Assembly: GCA_050575255.1 (NCBI GenBank)
Contig: JBNZDD010013550.1
Location: 980,943 to 1,044,942, forward strand
DNA length: 64,000 bases
Direction: 5' to 3'
Source: Harriotta raleighana
Lineage: Eukaryota
Shown: one piece after another, positions 48,703-59,701 of the stretch
Numbering within the stretch: the stretch's first letter is position 1
How the letters are laid out: the number at the start of each line of letters is the position of its first letter
Notes under the pieces: generated by a model
Told to the model about the DNA's origin: nothing
What the model saw: only the letters and a program-made list of their open reading frames with translations
Database searches by the model: none
Made by a program: the position numbers and the translations under genes

Positions 48703-49087
48703 AACAACAACAACAACAAAATTACACTTGTATCACATCAGGAGGATGTCCCAAGGCCAGTCACTGCTTCAGACCCGAGCTGGGGATGGGGAATGGGGGA
48801 CAGAAGGGGGAGGGATTAGGAGTTGCCGATGGGTCCATTGAAGGGGAGAGTCTTGAGGCGGGACTTGAAGGAGGCCAGGGAGGGGGCAAGGTGGAGGGAC
48901 TGCACGATGGAGTTCCAGAAGTTGGGGGCAGAGTGACTAAAGGCTCGCCTGCCAATGGTGGGGCAGGTGAGTCCAGGGATGTGGAGCAGGCAGAAACTGC
49001 TGAGCGGAGGGGATGGGCAGGTTGGTAAGGGGATAGGAGCTCACGGATGTAGGGTGAGGCAAGGTTGTGGAGGACTTTGAATGTGAG
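48703..49087 (-). mobile_element. L2 LINE 3' fragment
   Basis: (CAA)n tail; reverse complement homologous to 16360-16748. Confidence 0.88.
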
Positions 49088-50896
49088 GAAAAGTGCTGGA
49101 TAAGTGCAAGCAGCCGTTTCAATTGTATCCTTGACTTTTTGCTAATTTGTGTTAGTACAACGGAAGATCACGACTGCACAGGCTGCCTTTGAGGGGCTGC
49201 ATTTTATAACGTTGAATGTCTTGTGCTCTCAGGAAATACATGGAGAAAGCTAATCCCTGCCGTCAAAATTCAATAAATCACCCCCAGGTACATGTTAATT
49301 GTTCTTACAACTTCTACAGTTTTGATAGAAAGTGAGAGACGTTCTGTTCCTTTTTTTTAATAGTCAATTTGGGTGTCTGTTACATGCAGAAAAACATACT
49401 TAAGCGCATCCATACAGCAGCTACTAGTACTCATAGAAATTCCTATGTGTCTGGAAATGAAATGCCCATGCTCTCTGGAAGGGTACACCCTACCTATCCA
49501 TTTCTAAAGAGTATTAAAGGCAGATTTGCAACCATTCTCTCAGCAATCTTTTACCCAAATTCTCCATCTACAAAAGTCCCTTTTTTAAAAAAAAGAAAAG
49601 AACTACTCCTTTAACTGTTCTTTGGATCAATATCCTCAATTGATTGAAGAACACACTCTCTGTCCTCCCTTTTCAACTCAGTCATTCCCCACCTCATCCC
49701 CTTCCCCCACATCATCATCTTTGCCATGTGCTTTGGATACATTGTCTTGTATGAAAGCCACTACCAGTGTCCAAGTTTCCTTTTTTATTGCTTTGGGAGT
49801 TGATTGTTTTAACTACTGTTACAGTGCCAACAGCTACCTTTGGTTTGGGTTCCTGCCAGATTGGCCCTGTGCACAGAAAGCAAAGTGTCAGGCCAAACTG
49901 AGAAAAAAAGACCTCACCCTAACGACAAAACTATTTACTCTCTGCCCCAAAGAGAACCTCAAAGAGTTCACATCACATGATAAATGGAGAGGACGGGTGG
50001 TGGGAAGGGGGTGGGGGTGAGGGAGGAGAGAGAGGGGGGGTGCATTTCAACCAATTGCACTTCACACGTATCTATGAACTCAAATACTCAGGGAGCCTGA
50101 AAAAAACCCACAGAAAATCATGTCTGCAGACATTCCAAGGACAAGAAGCAAAGAGAGGTTTCAAAACTGAAAGGATCCTTGTTGCTCAGCAGAATTCGAG
50201 GAACGAGCACCCCCTCCCCCAACATCAAGGATGAGCGCACCCTTCATTCAATAAGAGGCGTAAATGTACACTATGAACAACACGCAGCTCTATAGTGTAC
50301 AAGCTGCCCGGCAGACAACAAACCAAATGAATAGTTACTTTTTATCCCTCCCAAGATGAACACATTCACTTCGTGGCAAGATTTCGCACCAATTTGTGTT
50401 CCGAGTGTTCAATGACTACCAGCATTGTCAAGCTGAAAACTGAAGGGCATTTCCACAAAGTGCCAGGATTTATCTGCAAGCCAGTTCAAAGTACTCTTCA
50501 TAAACTGCAGCATCTGGCTGCCAGTCCTGTCGAGCATCACAGACAGATTGCCTGAAAAGAGACGAGCAGAGATAGAACGAGAAGCTTCCACACAAAGACT
50601 TAATCAAGGGCCAGCTCAGCTGGGCCATTACATCACAAAACCTAATGGAAAAAAAGAAATTGCCACTTGTAGAGGGGAGGGAAACAGACTCGGATCTTCC
50701 CTCCCCTCACCCCCCCGCCAACTCACTCACTCACACTACTCAGGCTCAGTTTACCTCCACACTCACAGACTCAGGAGCCATACTCGCTCCCTGCTGCAAC
50801 ACGCATGTACAGCAAGCAAGACAATCACAAGATTATGGTTCAAACTCAGCATCAGTACTTTTTAAGTTCACACAGGTGACATGCATCTCCAGTGTT

Positions 50897-51235
50897 ATAA
50901 TAATAATAATCCTTGCATTTGATATACAGTAGCTCTTTTCACATCTTATCAACGTCCCAAAGCGCTTCACAGAATATACTGTAAAGTGAATTGACTGTAT
51001 ATTTGTGGGCGGAACGCGGCAGCCAATTGCGCACAGCAGCGTCCCACAAACAGTCATAGATTGAAATGACCAATTTTATTATTGTGGTTTTTTTTGGAGG
51101 GATTATTATTAGGCATGTGGAGTAAGGAAACTTGCCCAAGGTTTCGCCCTGATCTGCCTGGATTCGAACACAGGTCTCATGCTTGTAAGGCATGTAAGGC
51201 GAGTGCTCTAATCACTGAGCCACAGGAGCTCCACA
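50897..51235 (-). mobile_element. Full-length very young tRNA/Deu SINE (duplicated-head subfamily)
   Basis: Near-identical reverse complement of 31804-32146. Confidence 0.93.
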
Positions 51236-51944
51236 TGGGTGTTGTGATGGGTGGGGGGTGAAGAAACACTGCTCTGTTGGGGGTTGCCATCCTTTGGACG
51301 AGACGTTAAGCAAACTCTATGAACATAAGCACTTCGCCAGCACCAGCCCCCACGCCCCTCCCCCACCTGAACATGCAAGAAAGGTGCCTGACTTGAGACC
51401 GATCATCTTCAGTGAAAAGCACTTCAGCTGTCAAGACACGTCTGGCCCTTGTTTGATCTACTCAAATGTTTGTCAAGATCACAGAGGGGAAGAATGAGCA
51501 AATGTAGGGAGTTTTTTCAGCTGCTAAAAGGCAATAGCAGAATGGAATCTTTAACTGCCCCCTTTTGTGTTGAAAGTGTTTATTGGCGCTGTGCACGCAG
51601 TGAGAACAGTTGCCACGGGAGAGGTCTGTTTTCTGTTTGCGATTTCTTCAAATAATCCATTTGCAGTGATGAAACCAACCCTGCATTCACACTGCCCCTG
51701 GCTCAGAAGGATTCTCATACAATGGGGGCTTGGTTTTCAGACTTGCTAGTTCGATGAAAGTCTTTTTCTTCGCCTCTCTCCCCGGAGATAGATCCTTGTG
51801 CTGCTGTGACACTTCCTTGTTGAGAAACACGGCTACACTGCCTGAAAGACAACAGCCACCCATGCCCATCTATTATGATCATTGGGTTAAAACTGCAAAC
51901 ACATGCCATTATCACAGCTGATAATAATCCTCCCTCCGGTATTG

Positions 51945-52255
51945 CGGAGACCTGTCGCTCAGTGGTGGAGCACTCGCCTTGCAAGCGAGGCACCTGGGTT
52001 CAATTCCAGGCAGGACGAAACCTTGGGCAAATTTCCTTACTCCACATGTTTGATAATAATCCCTCGAAAAAATTAAAAACAGTAATAATTTGGTCATTTC
52101 AATCCACAACTGTTTGTGGGACACTGCTGTGCGCAATTGGCTGCCACATTTCGCCCACAAATATACAGGCAATTCACTTCACAGTATATTCTGTGCAGCA
52201 CTTTGAGACGTCTAGAAGATATGAAAAGCACAATATCAAATGCAAGGATTATTAT
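51945..52255 (+). mobile_element. Full-length tRNA/Deu SINE
   Basis: gtcgctcagtggtggagcactcgccttgcaagcgagg...gggttcaattcc head (tRNA-Ala-like, inferred), Deu core, tail. Confidence 0.9.
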
Positions 52256-53843
52256 CTATGATTATTGTGCCTTTCACGTTAGGCAGACGCCTCAAAGCTC
52301 TTCACAGGATAAGACAGGAAAGTGGAGTGACTGTGTGTTTTGTGGATGAACGCGCCAGCCAATTTGTGCACAGTAATTATTCTACAAACAGTGGACGAAA
52401 TAGCTTTATTTGGGAGATTGTCAGACAGGACACTGGAAGAAATTTGCTCTTTTTGAATAATGCTGTGGGATTTTTAATGTCCATCTTAAATTATCAGTTC
52501 AATTTTGAGCCTGATGTGGTTCAAAAGAGATAGCCAAAATCTGCAAACTTCACCATGCAATTTCCTGTGAATTTCTGATCCATTTACAGCAATAGGGGGC
52601 TGCTATCCGACTGACAGGTACGCAACCAAAGGTGGAGGCAGCAGGGCCAAACAATTTCCTTCACCAGTCCTGGCTCTTTCAGTGGGAAGCAAAAAAAAAT
52701 CCTTTTCCTGAAAGAATGCAGAGCTAAGCAGGAACGTCTAGACAGCCAACATCTCCCCAGGGTCGTGTAACGACACAGGAAGCATTCCCAGTCCCCCCTT
52801 AAAACAACACAAGTAAGAGACGCAATTCTTCCTGCCAATTTTTTGTGTTTAAAAATCTGGGGTCAGGCCAACTCAATGATATTGATTTTGGCTCATGTTC
52901 TTAAACTTGTACATGGGGCATTAAGTTCTCTGAATTCATAGAGTTTAGGAGCTCTGGAAAACATTACAGAACTCAGAAAACTGCCTCCCCTCCACACGCC
53001 CCCCCCTACCCCCCACACCCAGCCACCAACATGGAACTCAGATTACATGAAAACTGCCAATTTCGTCTTCGATCAGTTGTGCAGCAAATGTCAATCGCAA
53101 GTGTTATCTATGACTGGCACTAACTGGTTCAAATAGTTCCCAGCTTGGATTCAGGCTCCGCCTCTGTCAAGTGCTCTAAGAAGCTACCCTGTGTGGAGGG
53201 TGCTATATAAGTGCAAGTCGTTGCTGTTATTGTTGTGGCTACAACAATAGTTGTTCTTTTATTGTGGAGAAATGAAATGAAAAGACTCGCCCTATGGCTC
53301 CACACAATAAAGCTCCTACTTTACCCTAAAACAAAAACATCCGTGTATCAACCTTCGGAAAAGCACCCAATTTATCATCAGTTACATTTCTATTTCCCTC
53401 GGCAGCCAACCCTGTCAACAAGGCGGACAAAATTTACTGCTCCATGGGCTTCTTCTCATTGGGAACCGGATCGATATCCTTCCTAACTCTCACTTGCAGA
53501 GTCTGAAGTTATGCTTTTTGCCCCCCAAAGGAGCTTGCAATGCTGAAATTCTAGATGCAAAACACTGTCTTTGTTCTCTGCCGCGCCTGAAGATTTAGTC
53601 TCGCCTCCCAATTGGAATAGCTTGAGGCTGGAAATCTCCGCTTCTCCTCCATCGCCCTTTATCACAAATCCAGGCCAAAAAGGGTTGCTGAGTAAATTAT
53701 TGGTGTGGAATTATCCACTCTGAAGTCATTTCCACTGAAGGATGCCGCCGGTGAATAAAATAAAAGGAGCAAGAGGAAAACAGAGAAGGAGAAGGGGCAG
53801 AAAAAAAACACAGAACGATTTGCTCCTTTATTGTGCCATACCC

Positions 53844-54183
53844 TGGAGCTCCTGTGGCTCAGTGGTTAGAGCACCCACCTGGCAAGCGTGAGACCTGTGT
53901 TCGAATCCAGGCAGATTAGGGTGAAACCTTGGGCAAGTTTCTGTACCCCACATGCTTAATAATAATCCATCAACATTTTTTGAAAAAATTGATCATTTTC
54001 AATCCATGTCTGTTTGTGGGACGCTGGCTGCCGCATTTCGCCCACAAATATACAGTCAATTCACTTTGCAGTATATTCTGTGAAGTGCTTTGAGACTTCT
54101 AGAAGAAGTGAAAAGCGCTTTGAGACGTAGATAAGATGTGAAAAGCGCTATATCAAATGCAAGTTCTCTATTATTACTATTAC
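53844..54183 (+). mobile_element. Full-length tRNA/Deu SINE with duplicated 3' stem-loop segment
   Basis: Intact A/B boxes; the tail segment gctttgagac...gtgaaaagcgct occurs twice (54087-54149). Confidence 0.88.
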
Positions 54184-54844
54184 CCCACAACCTACATTTG
54201 ATTCAGCACCAAACATAAGGCCACCTGGCTCGTGCGCAAGCTGCTACCTTTGTTGAGAACAAAAATAGTGTTTGACACAAAGGGGTTCAGTGCTCTCTGG
54301 GATGCCAGACCAGTTTTGTCCACCTACATCACCAGCAGCGATCGACTTGAAAGCAGAACCACGACCTATGAATCTTGAGTCTGACGGGTTCAAAGAGCAC
54401 AGCTGGAAAACAGAAACATGACCTTTGGAGGCGTTGGCCTTGCGGGTCAAGCAGCAGTGTGCTGGCCGGTGAGCTCTTGGCATGCATAGAATTTCAGGAT
54501 TGTTTTGCCAATGCCCCTACAAGGGATGTTGCTCACACCGCTCCTAGATCACGCAACTCATCTAGTCATGGATCCGACAGGTTAATAAAAAAAAAGGCAG
54601 CTGTTGAAAGTTGTGGCAGCCAGGATATCTTCTTTATTAATGTGGTGCTTCTTTGACACGACACTGGCTGCAAGGCATCCCTGAATCAAAAGTGACTGAC
54701 ATCATGCAAAAAGCGCGATTAGAAAGAATCTGTGCTGATTTTCAGTCCTTCTGTATCGCACCTGCCAGTCCATCACAACTGTCAACTCGTACCCCATTAG
54801 AGAGGAACGAAAAAAAAAGTTCTAAATATACAGTCCTGAGGCAC

Positions 54845-55198
54845 TGTACAAATGCAATTAGTTGTTACTGAAAAGTCTCAAAAGTAATTCACAGGATTTT
54901 ATCGTAAAATGCAGCGAGTGTATTTTATAAGTAATGGCAACTGCTTTATCTGTGAGGCTGTGAGAAATTCCTTCTCTTGTCAAATAGTGCCTTGGGATCT
55001 CGAACATCTACCTGGACAGGCAGAGGGCATCTCTGTTTAATGGTTCATCTGAAGGGCGGCAGCTCTTGACAAGCCAGTACTCCCACGGTGTTTCACTGGA
55101 GCGCCANTGACTGTACAGACTCGACTGTAAGCTTAAAATCCTAACATGGGGCTTGAACTCAGAATCTTCTGACCGAAGAGGCGAGAGCGCTACCAGCT
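54845..55198 (-). mobile_element. Old Deu SINE
   Basis: Reverse complement of the SacSINE1-like head: ggggcttgaactcagaatcttctgacc...gcgagagcgctacc. Confidence 0.7.
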
Positions 55199-56073
55199 GA
55201 ACGTCAACAAGACGGAGGCCCTCCTGATTGGCTCGCGTCAGCGCCTCTGCACCTCAGGCGCTGACAATATCAGCATTCAAGGCTGCTCTCTCCACCTCTC
55301 GAAGCCAGTCAGGAATCTGGGTGTCTTGTCTGACCCTGAACTGTCCTTCCTCCCTCATATCCGCTCCCTGACCGGTATTGCTTTCCACCAACTCCGCAAT
55401 ATTGCCAGGCTCCGCCATTACCTCACCCCCAGGCCGCCGAAACCCTGATTCACCCCTTTATCATCTCCAGGCTCGACTACAGGAACTCTCTCCTCATCGG
55501 CCTTCCCAACTCCTCCCTTCACAGGCTGCAGATCATTCAGAACTCTGCAGCTCGTGTACTCTCCTGCACCAGGCTTCACGATCACATCACTCCCACCCTC
55601 GCCCCTCTCCATTGGCTCCCCATCCCCCAGAGGATCGAATTCAAGATCCTCGTCCTCACTTTCAAGGCCATTCACGGCCTTGCCCCCACCTATCACTCTG
55701 ACCTGCTGTCTCCCTCTCAGCCTGCCCACACCCTCTGTTCAGAAGACTCAGGCCTGCTCCGCGTCCACCGCCCTAACCGCCCAACCATCGGTGGCCAGGC
55801 TTTCAGTTTCTCTGCCCCACACTATGGAACACCATCCCTCAGTCCCTCCACGTTGCCTCCTCCCTTTCCTCTTTCAAGGCCGGTCTCAAGACCTTCCTCT
55901 TTGACCGCGCTTTCGGCTCCCCCCGACTCTTCCACCTCTCCCACACTCCTTCCCCCTCCTCCTATCCCCGACCCACCCACCCCTGCTCGGGTGCCGACCT
56001 GACTGTTCAGCGCTTTGGTATGTCCTCCAGAAGTGAAAGGCGCTATACAAGTGTAATTTTGTTGTTGTTGTTG
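55193..56073 (+). mobile_element. L2 LINE 3' ~880 bp, relatively young
   Basis: QLNVNKTEALLIGSRQRL...PVRNLGVLSDPELSFLPHI, same family as 1-290; tail gtgaaaggcgctatacaagtgtaatttt(gtt)n. Confidence 0.93.
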
Positions 56074-56359
56074 AACCAGGACATCAAGGACACGCTGATG
56101 AAGATCAGATATGAAATTTGTCTTCTTCAGTAATGGGAGCAAACTCAGATTGGAATTCAAACCTGTGCCTAGATCTTATATTAACGGGAATATAAGATCT
56201 TGATGGGCATGTGCCTACTTTTATCTATGCACCTTTCGTGTTGTGATGGGGCAGGATCATATTCCATTCCCCGGCACCCACTTGGAGAGAAGGAGAGAGA
56301 GAGAAAATGGACACAGCATCGACCCACAACTGATTGGAGCTATTCGCTAGATGTTGAAT

Positions 56360-56620
56360 ATAATAATAATAATAATAATCCTTGCATTTGATATAGTGCT
56401 TTTCACATCTTATCAACTTCTCAAAGAGCTTCACAGAATATACTGTAAAGTGAATTGACAGTAATTTGTGAGCGAAATGCGGCATCCATTTGCGCACAGC
56501 AGCGTCCGCACAAACAGTCGTAGATTGAAATGACCAATTTTATTATTGTTTTTTTTGAGGGATGATTATTAGGCATGTGGAGTAAGGAAATCTGCGCTAG
56601 GTTTCGCTCGGATACTGCCT
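56360..56620 (-). mobile_element. Young Deu SINE, 5'-truncated
   Basis: (AAT)n followed by the reverse complement of the SINE body. Confidence 0.88.
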
Positions 56621-59600
56621 TTATAACATCTAAATATCTCAAAATGCTTTACAGGAATTGAATGCATGTATAACAATAATAATCCTTATATTTAATTGAA
56701 TGCCTTTCAAGTCAGGACATTTCAAAAATGTTGAAGGATATGCTGTAAAGTATAATGACTGTTGATTTTATAGGTGAATGCAACAGCCAATTTGCACACA
56801 CAGCAGTGTCCCGCAAACTATTCTTAGCTGGGGGAATGTTGGCTACGACTTTGGAGAAAAGTCCTTTCTGTTTTCAAATAGTGCCATGAATGCATTTTCA
56901 AAAATACACTCCCCATTTTGCTTTGATTGTTCACAGGCACCGGGAATGTGAAATTAATGTCATAAACCATAAACACAAAACAGGAACAATTCGCACATAT
57001 ATTTAGTTCTGCTCCGCTTGTAACTTGTGCACAAACATACACGCACACAAAACCTGCCTCTAAGCAGTGTATAAATCAGGAGGCATAAATCAATTCCGAG
57101 ATTGCAGCATCCTGCACTTCCATAAATATCTTGCATTTACTTATGTCACAATACAGGTACAGTCACAATATGTCATAACAGATTCAGTGGGATAATTATA
57201 CAGTATGTGATGAAATGCCACCGATTTACCCTCATTTGCTGTAATGTGCACCCAGTGATTTAATTCAGTATGAATCCATATAGAGGTCCTGAATCCCAGT
57301 CTGTGATATGACTATTTGCTAGGTTTAAATGATAAAGGGGAGATTTATTTCTGCAGGAGAAGTACTAACTTTATCTTGTGTATGTTATTAACTGGAATCG
57401 ATTAGGACAATAAATGAAAGACAGAAATTACAGGATAGATTTCCAACCACTGAATGAGGAGATTGGAGGAAGAGGTTAGGGGGGCAGTCTATTTTTCTCT
57501 TCGCAATGCTAAGTCAGTAATGTGGTGGCTGCTGGCTATGTTCGCTGCAGAAAGAGCCAGTCAAGGCTTGGTTAATCCACAGCCATAGAGTCCCTGGATG
57601 CACAAGTAGAACGAAGTCAGCNAATCAGCTAACCATTACCACTGGTTAATCCACAGCCATAGAGTCCCTGGATGCACAAGTAGAACAAAGTCAGCATCAC
57701 TGGTTGCATTGAAAAAGAGCTTGGGAGAGAAAGATGATTTGTCAGCAACAGGTCAAACGATGGGAGCAAGGAGGGAGACACACCCGAGGGAGAGAGTGGT
57801 TTCTTGAGACACGAAAACCACCTTCAGAATCCTTTCATCATCTCAAGCTCACATTCGGGTCAATTACCATTGAAATAAGAGCCTCCTGGTGGGTGAACAG
57901 CTCTGCTGAGTTTAATTATCGCATCAGAAACCACTGAAAAACATGCCGATGGTTATGATTGAATATTTCTCACACTTATTCCACCCAGCACCAAAACAGA
58001 AAAATCAAAACTCAAAACTCTTGGACAAACACTAATCAATTTCATGATCACTGTACGACTAAATCCAGTGGGGAGAGCATCTGTTCAGCTCTACTCATAA
58101 GTGTTCTCTTTTACCCTTCAGAGGAAGAGTTGCAAGGTCATTGCTCTTAATATAAATTAGACCTTCAAGATACTGTATTCCCTGTGCTAGTTACAGTCAA
58201 TGAAGAATAGGCAATGCTGCCTGACGATCAAGACCAATTTGACTTGTGAAATTTTATTAATTGGAACATAGGGATAAAGGTTGCAGTGTTCCTGAAAGTG
58301 TTCCTCAACTTATTTAAAAGATTCTCTAAGGAACAGCAGATGTTGCCCTTCTCAAGGGAAATGATTACTTACATTCAGAGTCTTCGCCCCCTCTTCTGAT
58401 CACGAGAAGAGAGTGATTTATAGACAATACATTTTATACCCTACATCGGGCTCCCAAGTTGTTTTGTTTATAATAACAATCCTTGCGACAGCACCACATC
58501 ATGTCACAACCTCTCAAAAGGCCTGCACAGTAGTTCATGTTAAGTGTGGTGACTGTGATTTTGTATCCAAACTCCGCAGAAAATTTGCACAAGGCAAATA
58601 GCCAGGTGTTGGGTGAATAATTTAATTAGTATTGTTGGCCAGGACACTGGGGGGAAAACACTCTTTTCTTGTTGAACAGTTTTATGGGTTTTTTACATTC
58701 AACTGAATAAGCAGATGAGTTGTCAGATTAACGTCTCATCGAAAGCGCAGAAACTCGGGACAATGCAGAGATTTGAGGACAGACAGAGAGGATGAGACAG
58801 AGCAGTGAAAGGAGGGAGAGCTAGGGATAATACCCAAAGAAGCTGAATGCTCAGGCACTGATTGATGGCATGGATAGATCATGGAGGAGATCATAGAACT
58901 GGAAAGTGCCAAGAGCGCAAAGAGATTTGTAGGTGAAGGCGAAGGCATTAAAATCGATCCAATGGGAAAAGGTAGAGCATGGCAAATTTGGGGGGAATTG
59001 GCTTGCAGAGTTTAATGTGTGTGGCTGGGAATCAGGGCAATTAAGTTACCCAATTATGTTTCTCTACACCAACACTTCATATGTCAACATCAGTGAGCAG
59101 GACACTCTGATCTCAAGTGCAAAACCCAAGACCTATCTGGTGCTAGATACAGCAGCACAGTAAAAATGGTACGAAATTCATGATCTGAACACCAAACACT
59201 GAATAAGGTCCATCTGTGGAGATGAGGCTTGGACCATTAAGGTCCCCTGATATTCATTTTGTTTTGTTTTTAAAATACAATCTTGCTTCCTAAGGATTAA
59301 TAATATTTTTAAAAAAAATCCATCTTCTCTCATGAGGATAAATAAGCCCTTATGTACAGCATCTCTTGTCTACAAGTCAGTTACTATTAAATCCAAGCTG
59401 TGATAGATGTTGCCGCCAGTTTAGAGAACTTTACGATAAAAATGATTAATGTGTACCCAGCAATGGTACTGCAAATCTTTTCCCAGATGAAAACAAGCGA
59501 TTTGCCTAAGATGCACAGTTCCAGTCAAAACTGCACATTGCAAAGACGGAAGCTTACAGTAAGCGCATTTGATCTCTTTGAATGTTAATGTCTCATAAAC

Positions 59601-59669
59601 GTGCAACTCACCGCTGCCTGCAGCATCCAGTGTGGCACCTAGCCATCAGGCAAATTCATCTTTTTTGTG

Positions 59670-59701
<32 letters not shown>
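59670..59701. repeat. Compound (AT)n(AC)n microsatellite
   Basis: Read directly. Confidence 0.9.

Noticed and set aside
59607-59660. Candidate FSTL1 first coding exon (ATG...GCG|gtgagt)
   Set aside because: It ends in phase 2 where phase 0 is needed, and the peptide MARCHTGCCRQ is not a signal peptide.
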